NCBI GenBank assembly: GCA_032718475.1
Contig: JAUCBJ010009150.1
Location: forward strand, 63,037-127,036
DNA length: 64,000 nucleotides
Reading direction: 5' to 3'
Source: Nemertoderma westbladi
Taxonomy: Eukaryota; Animalia; Xenacoelomorpha
Shown here: in pieces, positions 49,680 to 64,000 of the stretch
Layout of the letters: each line of letters starts with the position of its first letter
How positions within the stretch are numbered: the first letter of the stretch is position 1
The notes under the pieces: model-generated
The model's input: the letters and a program-made list of their open reading frames with translations, nothing else
Told to the model about the DNA's origin: nothing
Databases searched by the model: none
Made by a program: the position numbers and the translations under genes

Positions 49680-52600
49680 CTGTAAGGGTCCGTAAGTCGT
49701 TCTCAACATTATTGTGGGAATCTGGGAAGCCCAAGTTCGCACGGCGTGGGTTCGTGGATGCCATAGCACGCGTCCCGACCTGGAGAAAACAATTAAGTGA
49801 AAATACAAATGAACAGTGACAAGTTATTTAAAAATCTCATATAATTAAATATCAATTAAACATCAATAAACACAAACACATATTTAATAATAAACAAACA
49901 CACCAACACTTATATAATGTAGGAATGAATAATTACCCGTTGTAACAATAATTGCAAGCCAGACGTCCCAACACTTTAATAAATAATTCATTGCGAACGA
50001 CTTGCTGGTAATGTTGTGAATAAACAGTAAATCTAAACTCTAAATAATCAATTGTAATTAAACTTTAAACCAAAGCGATTTTAAATAAGAAACTTTGTTA
50101 AACGTAACTTATAATATATTCAGCTACTGAGGAAGCAGCGCTTATTATATATTGGTGTTGGTGTCTGTAATACAAAACGAACAAATGTCTGGCCATTGAC
50201 CTTGTGTCTTTGTGTGAAGCCGCGCTATCCAATAATAAGACGGTATAACAATTATTGGTTGTTCAAGCAAAGGCAATGTATACGTTAATGTATAATAATA
50301 TGTTGCTTGGCGTGGGTGGCTGAGGCCTTGGCCTTGGTTGGTTAGTTTCCAGGGTGATATGTTCTAGAATATTAAATTATTTACCTTGAGTGAACCAAAC
50401 CAACCACCCACACAATGCTGAAGCACACTTGTATCCCAGCCGTCCAGCCCAGCCCGGCTGGCGCCTCCTACAATACAATGCAAGCAGCTCAGCTCAATAT
50501 TGCTTGAAAATTCTCTTGTAAATATTTTCCAACTCAATAAATAATTACACTTGAAATGCACTATAGAGGGGTGGTGAGGTGTTAGCGATGTCGCCCGGTG
50601 ATTCTGAGCGTTTTTGGTGATCATTTGCTTAAAATATATTTTTTATGCTCTATCTCGTGGTGTCTGTTAGAACGCGCGAAAATGAAAATCGATGCTCATT
50701 TTTGAAAAAAATCGGAAGTTATTTCGATAAATTATGGCTAATTTTGGGAAGGGCTTTTGTGTTGGCAATTTATTATTTAATACAGTTGAATATTTGGCTG
50801 AATTGAAGTTCATTAACCCGGGTAATTAAATTGAAATAACAAGTTATTTTGCAAAATTATGGCTAATTTTGGGAAGGGCTTTTGGAATGGCATTGAAATT
50901 GAAATGAAAGGTGTTCTTAGGAGAATTTGAATTAATAACTAGTGCCCTACATAACAGCGCAGTGCACTTAATAACGAGTGCCCTACATAACGGCGCAGTG
51001 CACTTTATAACGGCGCAGTGCACTTCATAAAGGTGTAGTGCACTTCATAAAGGTGTTAGTAGTGCACTTCATAACGATGCAGTGCACTTAATGTTATATG
51101 CTATATTTCATGTTATATGCTATAGTACATGCTCTGCGATATGCTATATGGTATGGTATATGCTATGCTATATGCGATATGCTATAAGCTATATGTTATA
51201 TGTTATGCTATAGTACATGCTATGCTATATGCTATGCTATATGCTATGCTATATGCTATGCTATATGCTATGCTATATGCTATGCTATTTGCTAGGCTAT
51301 ATGCTATGCTATATGTTATAGGCTATGCTATATGCTATATGTCATATGTTATATGTTATGCTATATGCAATGTCATGCTATATGTTATGGTATATGCCAC
51401 GTTATGATATATGCTATGCTATGCTATATGTCATATGCTATATGTTAAATGTTATGCTATATGCCATGTTATGTTATATGCTATAGTACATGCTAAGCTA
51501 TATGCTCTATGCTATGCTATATGCTATATGCAATATATCATATGCTATGCTATGTTATGCTATATGCCATATGCTATGATACATCCTATGCTATATGCAA
51601 TATATCATATGATATGCTATGTTATGCTATATGCTATGGTACATCCTATGCTATATGCTATGCTATGCTATATGCTATGCTATATGCTATGCTATATGAT
51701 ATGATATATGCTATGCTATATGTTATATACTATATGTTATATGTTATGCTATATGCCACGTTATGCATGCTATGCTATGCTATGCTATGTTATGCTATGC
51801 TATCATATGTTATGTTGTTCTATGCTATGCTATGCTATGCTATGTTATGCTATGCTATGCTATGCTATGCTATGCTATGCTATGCTATGCTATGCTATGC
51901 TATGCTATGCTATGCTATGCTATGCTATGCTATGCTATGCTATGCTATGCTATGCTATGCTATGCTATGCTATGCTATGCTATGCTATGCTATGCTATGC
52001 TATGCTATGCTATGCTATGTTAAGCTATGATATGCTATGCTATGCTATCTATGCTATGCTATGCTATGCTATGTTAAGCTATGATATGCTATGTTATGCA
52101 ATGCTATGTTTGTCAAAATGACATTTTGACATGTCATTTTGCCAAAATGTCACTTTCGAATTGACATTTTGACATGTCATTTTGCCAAAATGTCAATGTG
52201 TCAATATGTTACTTTCAAATTTACAGTTTGACATGTCATTTTGTAAAATGTCACTTTCAAATTGACATTTTGACATGTCATTTTGCCAAAATGTCATTTT
52301 CAAGTTGACATTTTGACATGTCATTTGCCAAAATGTCAATGTGTCAATATGTCACTTTCAAATTGACAGTTTGACATGTCATTTTGTCAAAATGTCACTT
52401 TCAAATTGACATTTTGACATGTCATTTTGCCAAATGTCATTTTCAAGTTGACATTTTGACATGTAATTTTGCCAAAATGTCACTTTCGAATTGACATTTT
52501 GACATGTCATTTTGCCAAAATGTCAATGTGTCAATATGTCACTTTCAAATTGACAGTTTGACATGTCATTTTGTCAAAATGTCACTTTCAAATTGACATT

Positions 52601-54302
52601 TTGACATGTCAATTTGCCAAAATGTCACTTTCGAATTGACATTTTGACATGTTATTTTGTCAAAATGTCACTTTCGAATTGACATTTTCACATGTCATTT
52701 TGCCAAAATGTCAATGAGTCAATATGTCACTTTCAAATTGACAGTTTGACATGTTATTTTGTCAAAATGTCAATGTGTCAATATGTCACTTTCAAATTGA
52801 CAGTTTGACATGTCATTTTGTAAAATGTCACTTTCAAATTGACATTTTGACATGTCATTTTGCCAAAATGTCATTTTCAAGTTGACATTTTGACATGTCA
52901 TTTGCCAAAATGTCAATGTGTCAATATGTCACATTCAAATTGACAGTTTGACATGTCATTTTGTAAAATGTCACTTTCAAATTGACATTTTGACATGTCA
53001 TTTTGCCAAAATGTCATTTTCAAGTTGACATTTTGACATGTCATTTGCCAAAATGTCAATATGTCAATATGCCACTTTCAAATTGACAGTTTGACATGTC
53101 ATTTTGTCAAAATGTCACTTTCAAATTGACAGTTTGACATGTCATTTTGTCAATGTCCTTTCAAATTGACATTTTGACATGTCATTTTGCCAAATGTCAT
53201 TTTCAAGTTGACATTTTGACATGTAATTTTGCCAAAATGTCACTTTCGAATTGACATTTTGACATGTCATTTTGCCAAAATGTCAATGTGTCAATATGTC
53301 ACTTTCAAATTGACAGTTGGACATGTCATTTTGTCAAAATGTCACTTTCAAATTGACATTTTGACATGTCATTTTGTCAAATTGTCATTTTCAAATTGAC
53401 ATGTCATATTTTATGAGATTTAAGGTATTTTTTCTTGAAAAAGCGAACATAACTTTTCTGAGTCCGTTTCTGTGACATTTAAAGAAAAGTTAACTTGTGA
53501 TACTTCTTTTAGTGTTAAATTAACCGCAGATTCCAAATACAGTAACCGTTTTTACATATGATTTGTAGTTCTCGCGATATTTGGGTTCAAACACAACGTT
53601 TTTTGATATTTTACGAAATTTAAGGTATTTTTTCTTGAAAAAGCAAACATAACTATTCCCAGTCCGTTTCTGTAACATTTAGAGAAAAGTTCACTTGTGA
53701 TACTTCTTTTAGTGTTAAATTAACAGCAGATTCCAAATACAGTAACCGTTTTTACTTAAATTGTAGATTTTGCAACAAAAATTAAAAAAAAATACGATTT
53801 GAGGGAATCACAACAAAACTTTTTAAGTTTAAAACAACCGGTTATGTTAAACATAACGGTAACGTATAACGGCATAACGTTACCAAAAATAACTTCATTT
53901 TAATAACAAAATAAACGGATAAACAGATGAGTAACCAGAACCCGGTAGCACAAACATACAGATCAGTAACAGCAGTATCAACACCAGATTAGCACAAGAC
54001 TTAATAAGTAAAATGAAAGCCGACTTCCACCACTGGGTACGAACCTATTGCTTAACGAAATGTCCTTATTTATAATCGAATATGGTGCGAGCCACAAAGT
54101 CTGTGAGCCATAGCATATAGTTGAATGTAGAGCATGCATGGGCCATTGTCAGTCCGTTGAATTGAGATTTAGAGGGAAAATCATATCATTAGCCAAAATG
54201 GAGCCTTCGCAAAACGTTTATCTAATGAACAATGTCTATTATTTGGCCTAGCTAGTACAACTGTATGCCACCGTTCACGGACCCCGCCAACCCACCGAGT
54301 CC

Positions 54303-54455
54303 CTACAGATCTCCCTTGGGTTCCTCTTGGCCCTCGAAGTATCGTATCTTATCCTTGGGATTGGGGATTATGGTAGCGCTGCCCGGCTTCCAGTCGATCG
54401 GACAGACGTCCCCGTGCTGGTCCGTGTACTGGAAGGCCTGCACGAGACGCAGGGT
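54303..54455 (-). pseudogene. Peroxiredoxin C-terminal fragment, unit 10
   Basis: Same translation as unit 1. Confidence 0.85.
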
Positions 54456-57400
54456 CTGTAAGGGTCCGTAAGTCGTTCTCAACATTATTGTGGGAATCTG
54501 GGAAGCCCAAGTTCGCACGGCGTGGGTTCGTGGATGCCATAGGACGCGTCCCGACCTGGAGAAAACAATTAAGTGAAAATACAAATGAACAGTGACATGT
54601 TATTTAAAAATCTCATATAATTAAATGTCAATTAAACATCAATAAACACAAACACATATTTAATAATAAACAAACACACCAACACTTATATAGTGTAGGA
54701 ATGAATAATTACCCGTTGTAACAATAATTGCAAGCCAGACGTCCCAACACTTTAATAAATAATTCATTGCGAACGACTTGCTGGTAATGTTGTGAATAAA
54801 CAGTAAATCTAAACTCTAAATAATCAATTGTAATTAAACTTTAAACCAAAGCGATTTTAAATAAGAAACTTTGTTAAACGTAACTTATAATATATTCAGC
54901 TACTGAGGAGGCAGCGCTTATTATATATTGGTGTTGGTGTCTGTAATACAAAACGAACAAATGTCTGGCCATTGACCTTGTGTCTTTGTGTGAAGCCGCG
55001 CTATCCAATAATAAGACGGTATAACAATTATTGGTTGTTCAAGCAAAGGCAATGTATACGTTAATGTATAATAATATGTTGCTTGGCGTGGGTGGCTGAG
55101 GCCTTGGCCTTGGTTGGTTAGTTTCCAGGGTGATATGTTCTAGAATATTAAATTATTTACCTTGAGTGAACCAAACCAACCACCCACACAATGCTGAAGA
55201 ACATCGCATTGTATCCCAGCCGTCCAGCCCAGCCCGGCTGGCGCCTCCTACAACACAATGCAAGCAGCTCAGCTCAATATTGCTTGAAAATTCTCTTGTA
55301 AATATTTTCCAACTCAATAAATAATTACACTTGAAATGCACTATAGAGGGGTGGGGAGGTGTTAGCGGTGTCGCCAGGCGATTCTAACTGTTTTTGGGGA
55401 TCATTTCCTTAAAATATATTTTTTATGCTCTATCTCGTGGTGTCGGTTAGAACGCGCGAAAATGAAAATCGATGGTCATTTTTGAAAAAAATCGGAAGTT
55501 ATTTCGATAAATTATGGCTAATTTTGGGAAGGGCTTTTGTGTTGGCAATTTATTATTTAATACAGTTGAATATTTGGCTGAATTGAAGTTCATTAACCCG
55601 GGTAATTAAATTGAAATAACAAGTTATTTTGCAAAATGATGGCTAATTTTGGGAAGGGCTTTTGGAATGGAAATCAAATTTAAATGAAAGGTGTTCTTAG
55701 GAGAATTTGAATTAATAACGAGTGCCTTACATAACGGCGCAGTGCACTTAATAACGAGTGCACTACATAACGGCGCAGTGCACTTAATAACTAGTGCCCT
55801 ACATAACAGCGCATTGCACTTAATAACGAGTGCACTACATAACGGCGCAGTGCACTTAATAACGAGTGCACTACATAACGGCGCAGTGCACTTAATAACT
55901 AGTGCCCTACATAACAGCGCATTGCACTTAATAACGAGTGCCCTACATAACGGCGCAGTGCACTTTATAACGGTGCAGTGCACTTGATAAAGGTGTAGTG
56001 CACTTCATAAAGGTGTTAGTAGTGCACTTCATAACGATGCAGTGCACTTAATGTTATATGCTATATTTCATGTTATATGCTATAGTACATGCTCTGCGAT
56101 ATGCTATATGGTATGGTATATGCGATATGCTATAAGCTATATGTCATATGTTATATGTTATGCTATATGCACTGTCATGCTATATGTTATGGTATATACA
56201 ATGTTATATGCTATATGTTGTTATATGCTATAGTACATGCTAAGCTTAATGCTATGCTATATGCAATTCTATATGCTATGCTATATGTTATATGCTATAG
56301 TACATGCTAAGCTAAATGCTATGCTATATGCAATTCTATATGCTATGCTATATGTTATATGCTATATGTTATGCTATATGCCACGTTATGCTATATGCTA
56401 TGCTATATGTCATATGCTATATGTTATATAGCCTATGCTATATGCTATATGTCATATGTTATATGTTGTGCTATATGCAATGTCATGCTATATGTTATGG
56501 TATATACAATGTTATATGCTATATGTTGTTATATGCTATAGTACATGCTAAGCTTAATGCTATGCTATATGTAATTCTATATGCTATGCTATATGTTATA
56601 TGCTATAGTACATGCTAAGCTAAATGCTATGTTATATGCAATTCTATATGCTATGCTATATGTTATATGCTATATGTTATGCTATATACCACGTTATGCT
56701 ATATGCTATGTTATAGGTCATATGCTATATGTTATATAGCCTATGCTATATGCTATATGTCATATTTTATATGTTATGCTATATGCAATGTCATGCTATA
56801 TGTTATGGTATATACAATGTTATATGCTATATGTTGTTATATGCTATAGTACATGCTAAGCTATATGCTATGCTATATGCAATGCTATATGCTATGCTAT
56901 ATGTTATATGCTATAGTACATGCTAAGCTAAATGCTATGCTATATGCAATTCTATATGCTATGCTATATGTTATATGCTATATGTTATGCTATATACCAC
57001 GTTATGCTATATGCTATGTTATAGGTCATATGCTATATGTTATATAGCCTATGCTATATGCTATATGTCATATGTTATATGTTATGCTATATGCAATGTC
57101 ATGCTATATGTTATGGTATATACAATGTTATATGCTATATGTTGTTATATGCTATAGTACATGCTAAGCTATATGCTATGCTATATGCAATGCTATATGC
57201 TATGCTATATGTTATATGATATATGTTATGCTATATGCCACGTTATGATATATGCTATGCTATGCTATATGTCATATGCTATATGTTAAATGTTATGCTA
57301 TATGCCATGTTATGTTATATGCTATAGTACATGCTAAGCTATATGCTCTATGCTATGCTATATGATATATATCATATGCTATATGCTATGGTACATCCTA

Positions 57401-59851
57401 TGCTATGGTGTGCTATGCTATGCTATGCTATGCTATTCTATGATATGCTATGCTATGCTATGCTATATGCTATGGTACATCCTATGCTATATGCTATATG
57501 CAATATATCATATGCTGTGCTATGCTATGCTATGCTATGCTATGCTATGCTATGCTATGCTATGCTATACTATGTTATGCTATGCTATGCTATGCTATGC
57601 TATGCTATGCTATGCTATGCTATGTTAAGCTATGATATGCTATGTTATGCTATGCTATGCTATGCTATGCTGTTCTATGATATGCTATGCTATGCTATGC
57701 TATGCTATATGCTATGGTACATCCTATGCTATATGCTATATGCAATATATCATATGCTATGCTATGCTATGCTATGCTATGCTTTGCTATGCTATGCTAT
57801 GCTATGATATGCTAAGCTATGCTATGCTATGCTATGTTAAGCTATGATATGCTATGTTATGCTATGCTATGTTTGTCAAAATGACATTTTGACATGTCAT
57901 TTTGCAAAAATGTCACTTTCAAATTGACAGTTTGACATGTCATTTTGTCAAAATGTCACTTTCAAATTGACATTTTGACATGTCATTTTGCCAAATGTCA
58001 TTTTCAAGTTGACATTTTGACATGTCATTTTGCCAAAATGTCATTTTCAAGTTGACATTTTGACATGTCATTTTGTCAAAATGTCATTTTCAAATTGACA
58101 TTTTGACATGTCATTTTGTCAAAATGTCATTTTCAAATTGACATTTTGACATGTCATATTTTATGAGATTTAAGGTATTTTTTCTTGAAAAAGCGAACAT
58201 AACTTTTCTGAGTCCGTTTCTGTAACATTTAAAGAAAAGTTCACTTGTGATACTTCTTTTAGTGTTAAATTAACCGCAGATTCCAAATACAGTAACCGTT
58301 TTTACATATGATTTGTAGTTCTCGCGATATTGGGGTTCAAACACAACGTTTTTTGATATTTTACGAAATTAAGGTATTTTTTCTTGAAAAAGCAAACGTA
58401 ACTATTCCCAGTCCGTTTCTGTAACATTTAGAGACAAGTTCACTTGTGATACTTCTTTTAGTGTTAAATTAACCGCAGATTCCAAATACAGTAACCGTTT
58501 TTACATATGATTTGTAGTTCTCGCGATATTTGGGTTCAAACACAACGTTTTTTGATATTTTACGAAATTTAAGGTATTTTTTCTTGAAAAAGCAGACATA
58601 ACTATTCCCAGTCCGTTTCTGTAACATTTAGAGAAAAGTTCACTTGTGATACTTCTTTTAGTGTTAAATTAACCGCAGATTCCAAATACAGTAACCGTTT
58701 TTACATATGATTTGTAGTTCTCGCGATATTTGGGTTCAAACACAACGTTTTTTGATATTTTACGAAATTTAAGGTATTTTTTCTTGAAAAAGCAGACATA
58801 ACTATTCCCAGTCCGTTTCTGTAACATTTAGAGAAAAGTTCACTTGTGATACTTCTTTTAGTGTTAAATTAACCGCAGATTCCAAATACAGTAACCGTTT
58901 TTACATATGATTTGTAGTTCTCGCGATATTTGGGTTCAAACACAACGTTTTTTGATATTTTATGAAATTTAAGGTATTTTTTCTTGAAAAATCATACATA
59001 ACTATTCCCAGTCCGTTTCTGTAACATTTAGAGAAAAGTTCACTTGTGATACTTCTTTTAGTGTTAAATTAACCGCAGATTCCAAATACAGTAACCGTTT
59101 TTACATATGATTTGTAGTTCTCGCGATATTTGGGTTCAAACACAACGTTTTTTGATATTTTATGAAATTTAAGGTATTTTTTCTTGAAAAATCATACATA
59201 ACTATTCCCAGTCCGTTTCTGTAACATTTAGAGAAAAGTTCACTTGTGATACTTCTTTTAGTGTTAAATTAACAGCAGATTCCAAATACAGTAACCGTTT
59301 TTACTTAAATTGTAGATTTTGCAACAAAAATTAAAAAAAAATACGATTTGAGGGAATCACAACAAAACTTTTTAAGTTTAAAACAACCGGTTATGTTCAA
59401 CATAACGGTAACGTATAACGGCATAACGGTACCAAAAATAACTTCATTTTAATAACAAAATAAACGGATAAACAGATGAGTAACCAGAACCCGGTAGCAC
59501 AAACATACAGATCAGTAACAGCAGTATCAACACCAGATTAGCACAAGACTTAATAAGTAAAATGAAAGCCGACTTCCACCACTGGGTACGAACCTATTGC
59601 TTAACGAAATGTCCTTATTTATAATCGAATATGGTGCGAGCCACAAAGTCTGTGAGCCATAGCATATAGTTGAATGTAGAGCATGCATGGGCCATTGTCA
59701 GTCCGTTGAATTGAGATTTAGAGGGAAAATCATATCATTAGCCAAAATGGAGCCTTCGCAAAACGTTTATCTAATGAACAATGTCTATTATTTGGCCTAG
59801 CTAGTACAACTGTATGCCACCGTTCACGGACCCCGCCAACCCACCGAGTCC

Positions 59852-60004
59852 CTACAGATCTCCCTTGGGTTCCTCTTGGCCCTCGAAGTATCGTATCTTA
59901 TCCTTGGGATTGGGGATTATGGTAGCGCTGCCCGGCTTCCAGTCGATCGGACAGACGTCCCCGTGCTGGTCCGTGTACTGGAAGGCCTGCACGAGACGCA
60001 GGGT
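59852..60004 (-). pseudogene. Peroxiredoxin C-terminal fragment, unit 11
   Basis: Same translation as unit 1. Confidence 0.85.
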
Positions 60005-63000
60005 CTGTAAGGGTCCGTAAGTCGTTCTCAACATTATTGTGGGAATCTGGGAAGCCCAAGTTCGCACGGCGTGGGTTCGTGGATGCCATAGGACGCGTCC
60101 CGACCTGGAGAAAACAATTAAGTGAAAATACAAATGAACAGTGACATGTTATTTAAAAATCTCATATAATTAAATGTCAATTAAACATCAATAAACACAA
60201 ACACATATTTAATAATAAACAAACACACCAACACTTATATAGTGTAGGAATGAATAATTACCCGTTGTAACAATAATTGCAAGCCAGACGTCCCAACACT
60301 TTAATAAATAATTCATTGCGAACGACTTGCTGGTAATGTTGTGAATAAACAGTAAATCTAAACTCTAAATAATCAATTGTAATTAAACTTTAAACCAAAG
60401 CGATTTTAAATAAGAAACTTTGTTAAACGTAACTTATAATATATTCAGCTACTGAGGAGGCAGCGCTTATTATATATTGGTGTTGGTGTCTGTAATACAA
60501 AACGAACAAATGTCTGGCCATTGACCTTGTGTCTTTGTGTGAAGCCGCGCTATCCAATAATAAGACGGTATAACAATTATTGGTTGTTCAAGCAAAGGCA
60601 ATGTATACGTTAATGTATAATAATATGTTGCTTGGCGTGGGTGGCTGAGGCCTTGGCCTTGGTTGGTTAGTTTCCAGGGTGATATGTTCTAGAATATTAA
60701 ATTATTTACCTTGAGTGAACCAAACCAACCACCCACACAATGCTGAAGAACATCGCATTGTATCCCAGCCGTCCAGCCCAGCCCGGCTGGCGCCTCCTAC
60801 AACACAATGCAAGCAGCTCAGCTCAATATTGCTTGAAAATTCTCTTGTAAATATTTTCCAACTCAATAAATAATTACACTTGAAATGCACTATAGAGGGG
60901 TGGGGAGGTGTTAGCGGTGTCGCCCGGCGATTCTGAGCTGTTTTTGGTGATCATTTCCTTAAAATATATTTTTTATGCTCTATCTCGTGGTGTCGGTTAG
61001 AACGCGCGAAAATGAAAATCGATGGTCAATTTTGAAAAAAATCGGAAGTTATTTCGATAAATTATGGCTAATTTTGGGAAGGGCTTTTGTGTTGGCAATT
61101 TATTATTTAATACAGTTGAATATTTGGCTGAATTGAAGTTCATTAACCCGGGTAATTAAATTGAAATAACAAGTTATTTTGCAAAATGATGGCTAATTTT
61201 GGGAAGGGCTTTTGGAATGGAAATCAAATTTAAATGAAAGGTGTTCTTAGGAGAATTTGAATTAATAACGAGTGCCCTACATAACGGCGCAGTGCACTTA
61301 ATAACGAGTGCACTACATAACGGCGCAGTGCACTTAATAACTAGTGCCCTACATAACAGCGCATTGCACTTAATAACGAGTGCACTACATAACGGCGCAG
61401 TGCACTTAATAACGAGTGCACTACATAACGGCGCAGTGCACTTAATAACTAGTGCCCTACATAACAGCGCATTGCACTTAATAACGAGTGCCCTACATAA
61501 CGGCGCAGTGCACTTTATAACGGTGCAGTGCACTTGATAAAGGTGTAGTGCACTTCATAAAGGTGTTAGTAGTGCACTTCATAACGATGCAGTGCACTTA
61601 ATGTTATATGCTATATTTCATGTTATATGCTATAGTACATGCTCTGCGATATGCTATATGGTATGGTATATGCGATATGCTATAAGCTATATGTCATATG
61701 TTATATGTTATGCTATATGCACTGTCATGCTATATGTTATGGTATATACAATGTTATATGCTATATGTTGTTATATGCTATAGTACATGCTAAGCTTAAT
61801 GCTATGCTATATGCAATTCTATATGCTATGCTATATGTTATATGCTATAGTACATGCTAAGCTAAATGCTATGCTATATGCAATTCTATATGCTATGCTA
61901 TATGTTATATGCTATATGTTATGCTATATGCCACGTTATGCTATATGCTATGCTATATGTCATATGCTATATGTTATATAGCCTATGCTATATGCTATAT
62001 GTCATATGTTATATGTTGTGCTATATGCAATGTCATGCTATATGTTATGGTATATACAATGTTATATGCTATATGTTGTTATATGCTATAGTACATGCTA
62101 AGCTTAATGCTATGCTATATGTAATTCTATATGCTATGCTATATGTTATATGCTATAGTACATGCTAAGCTAAATGCTATGTTATATGCAATTCTATATG
62201 CTATGCTATATGTTATATGCTATATGTTATGCTATATACCACGTTATGCTATATGCTATGTTATAGGTCATATGCTATATGTTATATAGCCTATGCTATA
62301 TGCTATATGTCATATTTTATATGTTATGCTATATGCAATGTCATGCTATATGTTATGGTATATACAATGTTATATGCTATATGTTGTTATATGCTATAGT
62401 ACATGCTAAGCTATATGCTATGCTATATGCAATGCTATATGCTATGCTATATGTTATATGCTATAGTACATGCTAAGCTAAATGCTATGCTATATGCAAT
62501 TCTATATGCTATGCTATATGTTATATGCTATATGTTATGCTATATACCACGTTATGCTATATGCTATGTTATAGGTCATATGCTATATGTTATATAGCCT
62601 ATGCTATATGCTATATGTCATATGTTATATGTTATGCTATATGCAATGTCATGCTATATGTTATGGTATATACAATGTTATATGCTATATGTTGTTATAT
62701 GCTATAGTACATGCTAAGCTATATGCTATGCTATATGCAATGCTATATGCTATGCTATATGTTATATGATATATGTTATGCTATATGCCACGTTATGATA
62801 TATGCTATGCTATGCTATATGTCATATGCTATATGTTAAATGTTATGCTATATGCCATGTTATGTTATATGCTATAGTACATGCTAAGCTATATGCTCTA
62901 TGCTATGCTATATGATATATATCATATGCTATATGCTATGGTACATCCTATGCTATGGTGTGCTATGCTATGCTATGCTATGCTATTCTATGATATGCTA

Positions 63001-64000
63001 TGCTATGCTATGCTATATGCTATGGTACATCCTATGCTATATGCTATATGCAATATATCATATGCTGTGCTATGCTATGCTATGCTATGCTATGCTATGC
63101 TATGCTATGCTATGCTATACTATGTTATGCTATGCTATGCTATGCTATGCTATGCTATGCTATGCTATGCTATGCTATGTTAAGCTATGATATGCTATGT
63201 TATGCTATGCTATGCTATGCTATGCTGTTCTATGATATGCTATGCTATGCTATGCTATGCTATATGCTATGGTACATCCTATGCTATATGCTATATGCAA
63301 TATATCATATGCTATGCTATGCTATGCTATGCTATGCTTTGCTATGCTATGCTATGCTATGATATGCTAAGCTATGCTATGCTATGCTATGTTAAGCTAT
63401 GATATGCTATGTTATGCTATGCTATGTTTGTCAAAATGACATTTTGACATGTCATTTTGCAAAAATGTCACTTTCAAATTGACAGTTTGACATGTCATTT
63501 TGTCAAAATGTCACTTTCAAATTGACATTTTGACATGTCATTTTGCCAAATGTCATTTTCAAGTTGACATTTTGACATGTCATTTTGCCAAAATGTCATT
63601 TTCAAGTTGACATTTTGACATGTCATTTTGTCAAAATGTCATTTTCAAATTGACATTTTGACATGTCATTTTGTCAAAATGTCATTTTCAAATTGACATT
63701 TTGACATGTCATATTTTATGAGATTTAAGGTATTTTTTCTTGAAAAAGCGAACATAACTTTTCTGAGTCCGTTTCTGTAACATTTAAAGAAAAGTTCACT
63801 TGTGATACTTCTTTTAGTGTTAAATTAACCGCAGATTCCAAATACAGTAACCGTTTTTACATATGATTTGTAGTTCTCGCGATATTGGGGTTCAAACACA
63901 ACGTTTTTTGATATTTTACGAAATTAAGGTATTTTTTCTTGAAAAAGCAAACGTAACTATTCCCAGTCCGTTTCTGTAACATTTAGAGACAAGTTCACTT

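Larger units (their letters stand above)
1..64000. repeat. Composite macrosatellite: tandem array of ~5.4-kb units (11 complete cores, runs off both window ends)
   Basis: The same core ORFs recur at 1675, 7103, 12532, 18166, 23454, 28879, 38668, 44080, 49489, 54265 and 59814. Spacings are 5428, 5429, 5634, 5288, 5425, 9789 (includes a 5338-bp retrotransposon), 5412, 5409, 4776 and 5549. Sub-repeat blocks occur in the same order in every unit. Confidence 0.98.

Overview
Eukaryotic (probably invertebrate animal) repetitive DNA. The whole window is a head-to-tail macrosatellite of ~5.4-kb composite units: 11 complete cores plus partial ends, with a marker ATGCCACCG at 1675, 7103, 12532, 18166, 23454, 28879, 38668, 44080, 49489, 54265 and 59814. 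On the + strand each unit reads: ~43-bp palindromic TGACATGTCA satellite, then a 200-bp repeat (1-6 copies), a ~1.7-kb unique core, a 125-bp repeat, a 36-bp GTGCAC repeat (2, 7 or 10 copies), and a degenerate-to-pure (GCTAT)n microsatellite. On the - strand each core carries the last 50 codons of a typical 2-Cys peroxiredoxin (Prx4-like, resolving-Cys VCP motif, C-terminal KGDL). These codons lie in what looks like a spliced terminal exon, but the catalytic N-terminal part of the gene is absent. One intact, very young Ty3/Gypsy (Mag-like) LTR retrotransposon (31243-36580, - strand, apparently identical 265-bp LTRs, single gag-pol ORF) is inserted in the microsatellite of unit 6. Almost all other ORFs in the track are translations of simple repeats. 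All comparisons were made by eye, with no alignment or database search.
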